This document shows positions 14,869 to 26,330 of a stretch of DNA of 64,000 bases, one piece after another (position 1 is the stretch's first letter; each line of letters opens with the position of its first letter). Made by a program: the position numbers and the translations under genes. Below the pieces are notes generated by a model. It was not told the origin of the DNA. It searched no databases and saw only the letters and a program-made list of their open reading frames with translations. Source of the DNA: Octopus vulgaris (lineage: Eukaryota); NCBI GenBank assembly GCA_951406725.2, contig OX597814.1:63426001-63490000 (forward strand), written 5' to 3'.

Positions 14869-14913
14869 GGCCAAAGTTCTTTCGTCACACTCCTGTGACC
14901 GCATCAGTGGTCC
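14869..14913 (-). ncRNA. Minimal hammerhead-like motif (variant core) downstream of the Penelope ORF
   Basis: Minus strand: GGACCA-CTGATGCG-GTCACA GGAG TGTGAC-GAAAGAACTT-TGGCC. Stem II is a perfect 6 bp; A9 is replaced by C. Confidence 0.5.
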
Positions 14914-15446
14914 TTTGTTTTCTTCTCACTTACTTGTGTCTCTCCTTACTAACCGTCAGCCATTTTGTATTTCTATTGTATGTCTTCATTTGCGCATGCT
15001 TATATCTCTATGTGCGTCTATGTTTATTTAGTGTGTGTGTGTGGGGGGGATGCCTGTAATATTTGTATCTTCTGGTTATATACATTCTTGTAATTTGTAT
15101 TTTGTTTTTGTTGTTGTTGCTTTTGTTCTAATTTTGTTCATGTGTTTACATCCACCCATTATTATCATTACATATGCTTGTATGTATGTATAACAACAAT
15201 ATTAGTAATAATAATAATAAATCTAATCGAGAAAAAAAAAAAAAAAAAAGAATATACATATACATATATATATATATACATACACATACATATACATATA
15301 CATATACATATATATATATATACATATATACACACATATATACACATATACATATACATATATATACACATATACATATATATAGATATTCATTTCTATT
15401 TCTTTAATTACCTGTGTATTTATTATGTTTGCAGGATCCACTATTG

Positions 15447-16496
15447 TCATATGTTGTGGTGTGCGCTATTGCTCCATTCTAGTTTTCTATTCAGGCTAGG
15501 TTTATTTTCTATTATATGTGTAGCTTCTGTAATTTGTCTAATTGTTGCATCTGTTCTATGTGTGGACAATATCTTAATCTCTATGTTATTGATTGATCCC
15601 CCGTGTTCTTGTTCGGCGTGTTGGTACAGAATCGATGAGCTTTTACCTTCCTTGAGTTGTCTCCAATGTTCATTCACCCGCTCACCAATGCTTCTTGCAG
15701 TTTCCCCTACGTATGTTACTGTCTTGTTACTGCATCGTCCCTCTATACATCTTATACTATAGACCACATTTCTGGCTTTACAGTTCGTTTGTGGGCTAAA
15801 TCTACATACAGTGCAATAGTTATCCGTACAGAGAGTTCTACTAAAAGGATAGGTTCTACCAATTATAGATCTGATAGGGTTGCCTGGCTTTTCAACAACC
15901 TTAATTCTTAGTTTAAGTTTATCTAGGGTCCTTCTAAAGCGGTACGCTAGTTCACCTCCAGGGGTGGTGTCAACGAACATGACACTCTGGTATTTATGGC
16001 TATCATACCAAGAGTTGGCCTTCCTTATTTTCTTTTTTGTCCTTTCTATAGTGTTCCATGACTTGTTCCTATAGAGTGGGCAAATCCCATTCCTATCATT
16101 ACATAATATATTATCAAATTTCTTCATGGCTCCTTTGTATACTCTGATCCTTTCTTTATGGCTGTAACCTGAGAACTGCATGCGGTGAATGAAATACTGT
16201 ATGTGTCTCTTTAATTCTGTAGGCTCGCACATGCGTGACACATTTCTCATTATTCTGACGAGGTCTGCCATCAAAATATTGAATTTGGCATTGCCCGCAA
16301 TGGCTGAGTTCTGGTGTAATGTCGACACAGAAGAACTGGGCCTCCTACTTAGACTGACATATAATAGTGAATACTTAGATAAACATAATCTTAGTAGTTT
16401 CTGCCCCAGTAGATGTTTAAGAGGTAGACCGCCTACAATTACTTCTATGGCTAGGAAGACACATATAGAAAGATGGCGCGGATGGACCAGAGCCAT
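15447..16496 (-). CDS. Penelope-like ORF: RT thumb/linker, Cys-rich linker and GIY-YIG endonuclease; the N-terminal ~60 aa come from inverted sequence
   Basis: 349-aa open frame containing [42 protein letters not shown] (CCHH motif), QITEATHI and LNRK. There is no YxDD motif. Confidence 0.8.
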   Translation of the reverse strand: MALVHPRHLSICVFLAIEVIVGGLPLKHLLGQKLLRLCLSKYSLLYVSLSRRPSSSVSTLHQNSAIAGNAKFNILMADLVRIMRNVSRMCEPTELKRHIQYFIHRMQFSGYSHKERIRVYKGAMKKFDNILCNDRNGICPLYRNKSWNTIERTKKKIRKANSWYDSHKYQSVMFVDTTPGGELAYRFRRTLDKLKLRIKVVEKPGNPIRSIIGRTYPFSRTLCTDNYCTVCRFSPQTNCKARNVVYSIRCIEGRCSNKTVTYVGETARSIGERVNEHWRQLKEGKSSSILYQHAEQEHGGSINNIEIKILSTHRTDATIRQITEATHIIENKPSLNRKLEWSNSAHHNI

Positions 16497-16613
16497 ACGG
16501 AGCCCCGCAAATGGCCATCAGGTAAAGAAAATGATCGCACATGCACTAGGAGCTAGTATAAGAGTTACCCTAAAAGGCCACACATTTAAATTTAATAATA
16601 AAATATATGCCCA
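16318..16613 (+). pseudogene. Inverted fragment of Penelope-like reverse transcriptase
   Basis: [13 protein letters not shown]...[14 protein letters not shown]...VTLKGHTFKFNNKIYAQ. The FxFNxKIYxQ motif normally precedes RT motif B'. Confidence 0.7.
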
Positions 16614-16616
16614 GGA

Positions 16617-18150
16617 GTTTCAGCTCACGAGCTGTGGCCATGCTGGGGCACCGCCATTTGGTGTTGCTACATGATTTTACTTCACGAATGTTTTTTAGCA
16701 ACTGCCATTTGGTGCATGGGACAGTTCGATGCAGCTGCCCTCATCTCTGCACCTCCTGCCGTGAAGTTGGTTCGTCCGGGACACCTGACAGGAAGAGATC
16801 CGGTCCTACTTTAAATACATCCGCATCCACCCCATGCAGGTCCCTCGGGTTCTTCGGGAGGATATTGAAGAGCTGTGGACCTCTGAAGCCCAGGCTATCA
16901 CAGTATCTTGTCCTACATCTTGATGGCAAATTTAGAGTCCTTGACACCACGCAGTGGCGCCCAGTTCTGGCAGTTGTGTAACTCTCGATGCCAAAGTTTG
17001 GGACAAGTCCTTCCAGGATCTTCCAGATGTATATTATGGCATATCTTTCTTGCCTACGCTCCAAGGAATAGAGTTTTAATCTCTTGAGTCTTTCCCTGTA
17101 GCTTATAGGCTGCACCGAGGCTATCTTCTTCGAGTAGCTTCTTTGGATCGCCTCAAGTTCTGTGATCAACTTGACACTGGATAGTGACCATAGCTGAGAG
17201 CAATAGTCAAAGTGGCTTAGGACAAGTGTCCTCCAGAGGACCATCATGGTTTCTTGGTCTCTTGTTCTAAAGGTTCTAAGAATCCATCCGGCCAGCCGTC
17301 TACATTTCATTGCCAATTTAGCAACATGTACATGAAAGGTTGCGTCATCACTCATGTAAATACCCAGGTCACGCACTGATTGTGCCTCTGGGATTGCAAT
17401 CCCTCCGGGTCCAGTGTATTCATTGGGTATTGCATTCAGTTTTGCATGCTGATAGCATAAAGCTTGAAACTTTTCAGCATTGAACTGCATGCTATTCTTT
17501 TCAGCCCACTTGTATATTTTGTCCAGCTCACATTGCAGGTGCTTAGTGTCTTCAGGGTTCTGTATTGCCTGTGAAACTTTTGTATCATCTGCATAACTTG
17601 TGACCGTGGCTCTCTGCGTGACTGAGGGCATGTCTGAGAGGGCCATTATGAACAGTAGTGGTTCCAAAACAGTGCCCTGCGGAACACCGCTCACTATTTG
17701 CGTGTTAATGGAAGTGACCCCATTGGCTACTACCACCTGACTTCTATCCTTCAGAAAGTCATGAAGCCATTCTCCCAATTTTCCAACTATGCCAAGATCC
17801 CGTAGTTTGTGACTTATCATTCCATGATCGACTTTATCAAAGGCCTTTGCAAAGTCGAGATATATGACTTCCACATTTGAGTGGTTGAGCAGTCGTTTCA
17901 GTACCCAGTCATAGTGTTGTAGGAGCTGAGTTAAGCTGCTTCTTCCTGGTCGGAAACCATGTTGGGTGTCAGGCAGCAAGTCATTTTCTTCAAGGAAGGT
18001 GATTAGTTTCCTTCTGACTATTCGTTCCATGACCTTAGGTCTGTAGTTCTTGGCCTCCGCTCTGCTACCTCCTTTATGAATAGGGCATATTTTACCTTCC
18101 TTCAGTTTTCTTGGAAGTTTGCCAGTTGCAAGGTAGCTCTGAAAGAGGAA
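16617..18150 (-). mobile_element. 5'-truncated CR1-like LINE (RT domain and 3' UTR)
   Basis: RT motifs QHGFRPGRS, IYLDFAKAFDKVDH, SGVPQGTVLEPLLF, YADDTK, RDLG and SLERRQERY..IWKILEGLVPN. The frame stays open upstream to ~18150. There is an in-frame deletion after NYRP and a frameshift near the C-terminus. Confidence 0.9.
16741..18030 (-). CDS. Non-LTR retrotransposon reverse transcriptase (CR1-like), partial
   Basis: 429-aa ORF with the canonical RT motifs, including YADD. Confidence 0.85.
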   Translation of the reverse strand: MERIVRRKLITFLEENDLLPDTQHGFRPGRSSLTQLLQHYDWVLKRLLNHSNVEVIYLDFAKAFDKVDHGMISHKLRDLGIVGKLGEWLHDFLKDRSQVVVANGVTSINTQIVSGVPQGTVLEPLLFIMALSDMPSVTQRATVTSYADDTKVSQAIQNPEDTKHLQCELDKIYKWAEKNSMQFNAEKFQALCYQHAKLNAIPNEYTGPGGIAIPEAQSVRDLGIYMSDDATFHVHVAKLAMKCRRLAGWILRTFRTRDQETMMVLWRTLVLSHFDYCSQLWSLSSVKLITELEAIQRSYSKKIASVQPISYRERLKRLKLYSLERRQERYAIIYIWKILEGLVPNFGIESYTTARTGRHCVVSRTLNLPSRCRTRYCDSLGFRGPQLFNILPKNPRDLHGVDADVFKVGPDLFLSGVPDEPTSRQEVQR

Positions 18151-18660
18151 CCAATCCTAATAAAAATACTTATTTTTCGGGCTGTTGAGAGTCAATATAT
18201 TTTAACAGTCATGTATTTTATAGACAATCAAAGGTTGAAAGTTAAATTCAACGCTTGTTGATGTGAAATAGGAGGTAACGAAATGTCGTAATGGTTTGGA
18301 ATGGTATTCAATTTTTTTTTTCATTCAATAATAATGAGGATGAAGACAGTCCGGGTTCTTTTCTAATTACAGCGGTGATGAAAAAAAAAGCAATTTAATG
18401 AAGCAACGTGAATTATTCATTTAGTGGTTCATGATACTTGATTTTAAATAATGTATGCAAAATGAATTAAACTTACATTCATTTTCCCCTTGTGGTCTAT
18501 GGGTAAAGTTTAGAGAAATAATATACAATTAAATTAAGTGACTTAATCTGTTTAGATTAATCCCTTCATTCCCTTTCAGTCAATGATATTAACCTAACTT
18601 TTATCACTGGCAACATATTCCCTAACTTCTCAAGAGGTTTAGCGACGCATTACAAAGGAC

Positions 18661-18661
18661 A

Positions 18662-18742
<81 letters not shown>

Positions 18743-18761
18743 GCTACTGCTACTACTACTG

Positions 18762-18813
<52 letters not shown>

Positions 18814-18835
18814 CACTACTATTACTGCTGCTGCC
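18661..18835. repeat. (CTA)n/(CTG)n compound trinucleotide microsatellite
   Basis: Directly visible in the sequence. Confidence 0.95.
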
Positions 18836-19500
18836 AACAAAATTGACTTGTTTATAAAGATTTTTCAAAATTGAGAATGTAGAATAGGCTTACATGTTCC
18901 ATTAACTGTCTATAACTTTACCAATTTCCCCACTGCGGTATTTCGTGTAATAATGGAAGAAAATGAGACGTTTTCAAATATTTAAGTGTACATATGAGAG
19001 AAGTAAATGTTATATAATAATTTTAAACAAAACGAACATATTCGATAAAGTAATTCACTAAAATCTCTAAAATATGCTCTACTCACTTCTAGACTGATAA
19101 CTTACATATTTACAACTGTATATATTTTTCTATGTTTGGTAGCAAGATAGACAGTAAACGACATGTTAGCTTACTTCTTACGTCTGAATTTGTAATGATT
19201 CAGCATATCAAGAAGCCGTATATTCTGGGGATTAGATATTTTTACAAAATGGAAACAATTAAAAACAAAAAAAAAAAAGATATAATACGTCTCAACACAC
19301 ACACAACGGATAAAATGACATGCTCATATAGAAACACAAATTATTTTCAGATTTACAAATAAGATGAGTTAACAGTATTTCCAATTTTTGCTCTACTTCC
19401 CAAATAAAATTTTTATGCGTAGACGCACACATACACACACACACACATACATACACTCGTATACTGCACACACTCTCACACACGCAGAAATTATGTATGT

Positions 19501-19545
<45 letters not shown>

Positions 19546-19595
19546 CGTAATAAGATAGAAAAACCCAAGATATTAGAGCATTTATAGACACAAGA

Positions 19596-19645
19596 TCTTA
19601 CAGCTGTCTCTAGGATATTATTTAATATTATCCCTTCATCGGAGA
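19596..19645 (-). ncRNA. Degenerate hammerhead-like motif in a short repeat between (TA)n tracts
   Basis: Minus strand: TCT-CCGATGA-AGGGATA...TATCCTA-GAGACAGCTGTA-AGA. Stem III is the palindrome ACAGCTGT; GAAA is mutated to GAGA. Confidence 0.45.
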
Positions 19646-19652
19646 CGGTGTG

Positions 19653-19768
<116 letters not shown>

Positions 19769-19826
19769 GTATGTATGTGTATATATATATATATATACAC
19801 ACACATATATATTTATATATATATAC

Positions 19827-19881
<55 letters not shown>

Positions 19882-20349
19882 CTAGCAGTATCGCCCGGCG
19901 TTGCTCGGGTTTGTAAGGGAAATAACTATATAAGCATTTTTAGAGAGTTACTTCCCTTATAGATGCCAATTCGGGCTTAGCCATTTCTGTTTTGGTGTCT
20001 TCAAGCCATGAAGTCGTTGTTCTAAAAGAACGCTGGTCTCCTTGACAACGCTTTACGACGTTGATTTCCTTACACTCCCTTCCCCACAGCTTCACGAGGG
20101 AGAAGCAAACAGGTGCAGGTGTGACCATGGACGCCAACTCCGCCGCCATCGACACACGAAAAATTATGCATTAAAATGGAATAAAAAATGATGCGCGTAG
20201 ACGCGCGCTAATACTCAGACGGGCTCGGTATGAATCACGACTATAAGATATCCGAATTTGGTTAAACTGCACCGCAAAATGTGGGAGTAGTTAGGAATCT
20301 AAATCGAAGGGGCCAGACACTCACACAACTACAGTTTTATATATATAGA
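19882..20349 (-). mobile_element. Non-autonomous Helitron (468 bp)
   Basis: On the minus strand it starts A|TC at 20349 and ends CTAG|T at 19882. The hairpin CCCG-AGCAACGC-CGGG (19894-19909) sits just before the CTAG end. Confidence 0.8.
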
Positions 20350-20366
20350 TATATGTATGTATGTAT

Positions 20367-20575
20367 TACTCTTTTACTCTTTTACTTGTTTCAGTCATTT
20401 GACTGCGGCCATGCTGGAGCACGACCTTTAGTCGAGCAAATCGACCCCGGGACTTATTCTTTGTAAGCCCAGTACTTATTTTTTCGGTCTCTTTTGTCGA
20501 ACCGCTAAGTGACGGGGACATAAACACACCAACATCGGTTGTCAAGCAATGCTAGGGGGACAAACACAGACACAA

Positions 20576-20664
<89 letters not shown>

Positions 20665-21394
20665 CAAATAAATTATCCTTATTGATGAAAAGAAAGAAAC
20701 TGCAGTCTAAGAGTAACCGAGTTACTAAATGTTTTTATCTTCATTTCACTAAATTTATCTAGCTTCTGTGTTCCTAGCACATATTTCGCCTTAATGTACT
20801 GATATATGAAAAATATATGGCTTGTGCTAGAAATACCAGCGATGATAATTATTTTTATTTTATCGCAATTTGACTTGTTTACATATTTCTCGATAAATTT
20901 TGAGCGCTAGACGATATACCGGAAATCCCTAGTTTTGTCGGGACGTTCGGAGTCTGCGCAGTGATCTGATTAGTTAGAGAGAATAAATCATTAGAAGCAC
21001 ATGCTTCTAGTGAGTTAGGATCTCAGAACAACAGGGCTCTTACCGATGAATTCTCCCTGAGCAAATAAATTATCTTTATTGTTGAAAAGAAAGAAACTGC
21101 AGTCTAAGAGTAACCGAGTTAGTAAATGTTTTTATCTTCATTTCACTAAATTTATCTAGCTTCTGTGTTCCTAGCACATATTTCGCCTTAATGTACTGAT
21201 ATATGAAAAATATATGGCTTGTGCTAGAAATACCAGCGATGATAATTACTTTTATTTTATCGCAATTTGACTTGTTTATATATATATATATATACATATA
21301 TACGACGGGCTTCTTTCAGTTTCCGTCTACAAATCTACTCACAAGATGCCACGCAGTGGGACTGAGCCCGGAACCACACAGCCACTCCTGCGCC
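20367..21394 (-). mobile_element. SINE family A copy, interrupted in its (TA)n tract by a direct-repeat element
   Basis: Tail repeats (AAAAGAGT)n at 20367; tRNA-like head GGCGCAGGAGTGGCTGTGTGG at 21394. Confidence 0.85.
20661..21280. mobile_element. Miniature element with ~220-bp terminal direct repeats (20661-20883, 21058-21280) around a ~175-bp core (TRIM-like or pLTR-like)
   Basis: The direct repeats are highly similar. The first begins TG and ends CA. The element sits in the (TA)n tract of a SINE. No clear PBS or PPT. Confidence 0.6.
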
Positions 21395-21500
21395 TATGTA
21401 TGTATGTGTGTACATATGTCACCTCATTAAGATGGTGCTTTTATTGGCTATTGATTGCCTTTAGGTTGTAAAATTGTGAATTAGCCACCCATATATATAA

Positions 21501-21531
<31 letters not shown>

Positions 21532-21874
21532 CGTGTGTGTGTGTGTGCGTGCGTGTGCGCACGTGCTTGTGTGTGTCTGTCTGTCTGTGTAAGTTATTTC
21601 ATTATATATATTGGCATTATTTTGACGTGTCTCTTTCGCTTAAGAGTAGATATTTACTGGAATATGAAAGCTTTAGTACACACTTGATTTCTCACCAGTT
21701 TTATTGAGTTTTCTAACAGTCCGCTTAGCGCAGAAAAAATATGATGAATATAATTGCAAACTACTTATAACTATATTTGGTACTATAGTAGTTTCTCTAA
21801 TTTAATTTAGAATTTGTGTTCAATCGTATTTTATGTTTATGTTATGTATGCTAGTGCATATATAAACACAATCA

Positions 21875-21875
21875 T

Positions 21876-21945
<70 letters not shown>

Positions 21946-22171
21946 ATGTATATATGTGTGTAAGTGTGTGCATATATGTATATGTAAGTATGTGTGCGTG
22001 TATGAGTATGTATGTATGCTTGCACACGTGTATATATGTGTGTGTGTGTATATATATGGATGCACGTGCGTGTGTGCACGTGTATGGGTACGCATGTATA
22101 TGTGTATGTGCGTGTATGCGTATACGTGTATGTATGTATGTGTGTGCGTATATTTGTATATGTATGTGTGA

Positions 22172-22206
<35 letters not shown>

Positions 22207-22360
22207 TGGGGGTGTGTGTATGCGTATAAATGCATGTAAGTATGGATGTATGGATGTATGTATGTATGTGTTTGTGTGTATATGTATGTGTGTGTGTGTA
22301 TATATGTGTGTATATATGTTTGTGTATGTGTGTGTGTGTATATATATGTGTGTGTGTGTA

Positions 22361-22432
<72 letters not shown>

Positions 22433-22823
22433 GGTATGTATCTGTATGTAGGAGTATATGTGTGTGCGTGTATGTATATGTGTATATATATATATATGTA
22501 TATTTATTGGTGTATATGTATAGACTAGCCTCCTAAAGTGTAGACACGAATCTGTAGGTACGAGTACGTATGTGTATATACGTGAACGTATGTAGATGTT
22601 TGTATGTATGAATATAACGCGTGCGTACGTGTATGTGTATGAGTGTACGAATGGGTGAATGTACGTGCTAATGAGTGTGCGTGCGGGAATGAGTACTTGC
22701 CTTCTAGTAGACAGACAAATGGACATGCTGCCATAGCCAGGATCCTTAGCTCTAGCGATCAAAGATAACAAAAGTAATAAATGAAGATAATAAAATTAAA
22801 ATTAGGGAATGGGCCTGTATTGG

Positions 22824-22868
<45 letters not shown>

Positions 22869-22973
22869 GTGTATGTGTAGGTATGTATAGGTACACATGT
22901 GTATGTGTGTGTGTATGTATATGTGTATATGTATGTATGTGCACACATGTATATATATGTATGCGTGTATATG

Positions 22974-23006
<33 letters not shown>

Positions 23007-23292
23007 GTACATATGTGTATGTGGGTGTATGTATATATAGGTGTAAATATGTGTATATAGGGAACTAGGTGTGTTGTGTGTGCATGAGTGTATGTGCGTA
23101 TGAATATATATTTTTCTGTGTATATATGTATGTGTGGTCGTGTGTATATATATACATGTGTGTATGCGTGCATGCATGGGAGTGAGTGTATGCATATATA
23201 CGTGTGTGTATGTGTAGACAGGTATATGCATGTGCATGTGTATAAATTTGTATATGTGGGCGGGTGTATGTATGTGTGTATGTAGATGTGTA

Positions 23293-23334
<42 letters not shown>

Positions 23335-23560
23335 TATATATATGTGTGTAGATACGTATACATATGTGTATAGGTATAAGTGAGAATCTCCTTATTTACC
23401 TATAACTCTATCCCCCCTTTTTTTATATATATATTTTTTTATATATATATTTTTTATATATATTTTTTATTTTTTTATTTTTTTATTTTTATTTTTATTT
23501 TTTTATTTTTTATTTTTTTATTTTTTTATTTTATTATTTTATTTTTTTATTTATCTATTC
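21875..23560. repeat. Large compound (TA/TG/CA)n low-complexity region and T-rich tract
   Basis: Directly visible. It generates many spurious ORFs in the track. Confidence 0.9.
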
Positions 23561-23757
23561 TTTCATCTAACTTACCACTGACTCCCTGACCACTCCCCCA
23601 AGTATGATATTTTGCGCTATGCCTACCCCCAAAAAAGTCCCCCACCACCACTCCTTTAAACCTGCCTAAATGTATAAATGCTAATACAATTCTTGTTAAA
23701 TAGCTTCCTGAAGATTTCTCTTGAATGAAACAGTACTAGTCCTGTAGAAGCTCCTTC

Positions 23758-23794
<37 letters not shown>

Positions 23795-24134
23795 ATATGT
23801 GTGTGTATGTGTTTGTGTGTTTATGTGAATTTGAAATGAAGATTCATAAGAATTAAGGCACCGCAAGAGATGGCTACGTGCAATTTCAGAGCTATGTACG
23901 ATATTACCAATATGCATGTAGCAAATCGAAATTAAGGTATAGTTTCGACTCAGGGTTGCGTCTTTCGTGTGGCATAGTTATAAAACTTGAACAGAAAGGA
24001 TTTTTAAAATTCGCAACATCTGTTTCCGTAGTATTTAATTTAATCCAATCAAAATATTACATCATATTATTCAGTCCATCATGATCAAGTAAAAGTTTAA
24101 ACATTGAAGGATAAAATAATGAAATTTTAAACAT

Positions 24135-24352
24135 TAGGGTATTCGACGTCCGATCGTCAGGCCGTGCGTTCGATTCCCAGCCACACTTTGAGCAAGACTC
24201 TTTATTTACATTGCTCGAGTCTACGCAGGCAATAATGTGTAGTACCTGTGTTTCAAAGACCCAGCCTTGTCACACTCTGTGTCACTCTGAATCTCCCCGA
24301 ATGCTCGGCCACTTGCAGATTAATTTCACATACAGGGTGTTTGGTTGATCGG
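24135..24352 (+). mobile_element. Degenerate tRNA-derived SINE (family B-related head)
   Basis: gcgttcgattcccag...ttgagcaagactctttatttacattgctc resembles the copy at 9917-10240. Confidence 0.55.
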
Positions 24353-24430
24353 CAGTTTATATGCTTATAAGTAGAGTGATACGTAGATATCTCTCTCTAT
24401 ATATATATACAAACACACATATATCTGTAT

Positions 24431-24485
<55 letters not shown>

Positions 24486-24682
24486 TATCTTTGTGTGTGT
24501 GTGTATGTGCGTGTGTGAGTACGTGTGTGTGTATATATGTGTGCACATATATGTGTATATGAGTATGTGATCTAATCATTTATGACTGCATTAAATAAAA
24601 TTCTACCGAAACAGCTGTCGTAAATTTTAAACGCCAATCGTGTTTACTTTAAGCGTGTGTCTATATTCTTTCATTTTTTCAT

Positions 24683-24900
24683 CTTTTTACTTGTTTCAGT
24701 CATTTGACTGCAGCCATGCTGGAGCACCACCTTAAAGGGTTTTACTCGAAGAAATCTATCCCAGAACATACTCTTTGTAAGCCTAGAATTTATTCTATCA
24801 TTCTCTTTTGCCGAACAGCTAGAAAACACACACACCACCATAAACACACCAGTATCGGTTCTCAAATGATGGTGGGGGAACAAACAAACACACACACACA
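24683..24900 (-). mobile_element. SINE family A, 3' half
   Basis: Tail ttttacttgtttcagtcatttgactgcagccatgctggagcaccacc. Confidence 0.8.
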
Positions 24901-24974
24901 TAAATAGATACGCACACACACACATGAACACATACACACATGAACATATACACACATGAACTCACACACACATG

Positions 24975-25027
<53 letters not shown>

Positions 25028-25179
25028 GTACACACGAAAGGCTTGAAAAAAGGAAGCGAACTCCTAAGTAACTCATACACACAGACAACTCATAGAACAT
25101 TTATGAAACGAACACCTCTGCACACGCAAGTCTCCTGACAAACAATCACCAAGATACAAGAAAACTCGCGATTCCACTT

Positions 25180-26330
25180 TCAATGACAGAAGTAAAGGTG
25201 CTAACCATCCACCTTAATATAGAGGATCGCGTGAATCATCCCACCAAGCTACCTTGTTACAAGCCTAATTTCCTCTCTAACCGCAAATGCATCCTGATCA
25301 ACCCTTCTAAAAGTGGGATATGTATTGTTAAATCGTAATCTTGATACCATCGACTCCAACATCAGAAGTGCTACAGGGTTGATCCAATAGGATGCAAGTG
25401 CAGTTGTTACCGTCTGGAAGACAAACGAGGTTCACAACGATTTCTTCTGGCTGAAGAAAGCAGGCGAGCCATTGTTCGACGTTATATGGGTAGCCATGCG
25501 AAGCTGAGATCGCCGACTTGGTCGTGTTAAATTGGATACCCTCAGGAGACGTACGCATCTGCATAGGAACGACGGTCTGGCAATATCAATCCATCTGAAT
25601 GGACAAGTTCAGAAAGAACTTAATAAAAATATTCTAGGAATTCGGCCTGTCCATAATGGGAACCACCAACCTGAACACGTTCGACTTCTTGGATGTGATC
25701 TTAGACTTGACCACGGGTAAGTACTATCACTACAAGAAACCCAACGAAGAAACTGTATACATCGACAAGAGCTCGAACTATCATCTCGCTATAATTAGAA
25801 ACCATTTCTCAGGCTTTAGTAGAAGAATATCCACGCTCCAGGTCGATACGGAAGTCTTTAACAAGGGCGTCCCTACTACACTGATGCTTTGGCTAGGAGC
25901 GGTTTCACCGATAAGCTTATATATATGGTGGACCTCACAAATCCCTTCTCCACAGCCTCAAGAGGATCAGAAAGAGGGAATATAATCTGGTAAAATCTTC
26001 CGTACAACCTAGAAGTTTCCACAAGCCAAACTAGTAGCTTCCTGCCTTTGATTAAGAAACATATCCCCCAAAGGCCACAAGTGCTACAAGCTCTTTAAAC
26101 CGCATAAAATCAAGGTGAGCTACTCCTGCTTAGACAACAATGCATCTAACATTGCACAATTCAACAGACACAAAGATACACACGCATAACTCCTAACACC
26201 AACATGCAACTGCTGAAAATCTGCCAGCTGCTCTTTAAGACAATCCTACCTCTCAAAGGTTGTAGTTTACACAGCTACTCTCACATCATCCGATGGGATC
26301 ACTAAGCACTACACGGGCATGACAGCATCG
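25180..26330 (+). mobile_element. Degenerate Penelope-like element (second, unrelated family): RT and start of GIY-YIG
   Basis: Fragments KPNFLSNRKCILINPSKSGI, RNDGL (YRDDGL-like), FDFLDVILDLTTGKYYHYKKPNEETVYIDKSSN, KIKVSYSC and CNC...VVVYTATLT...KHYTGMT, with many stops and frameshifts. Confidence 0.8.

Larger units (their letters stand above)
14760..16613 (-). mobile_element. Penelope-like element (C-terminal GIY-YIG endonuclease) with an inverted 5' RT segment and a 3' terminal repeat carrying an HHR-like motif
   Basis: GIY-YIG ORF on the minus strand, an RT fragment on the plus strand, and an HHR-like motif downstream at 14869-14913. The 3' boundary is approximate. Confidence 0.8.

Noticed and set aside
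26205-26216. In-frame TGA next to the CNC motif in the second Penelope element as possible selenocysteine
   Set aside because: The TGA follows the two Cys codons rather than replacing one, is easily explained by CGA>TGA decay, and the element has many other stops and frameshifts.
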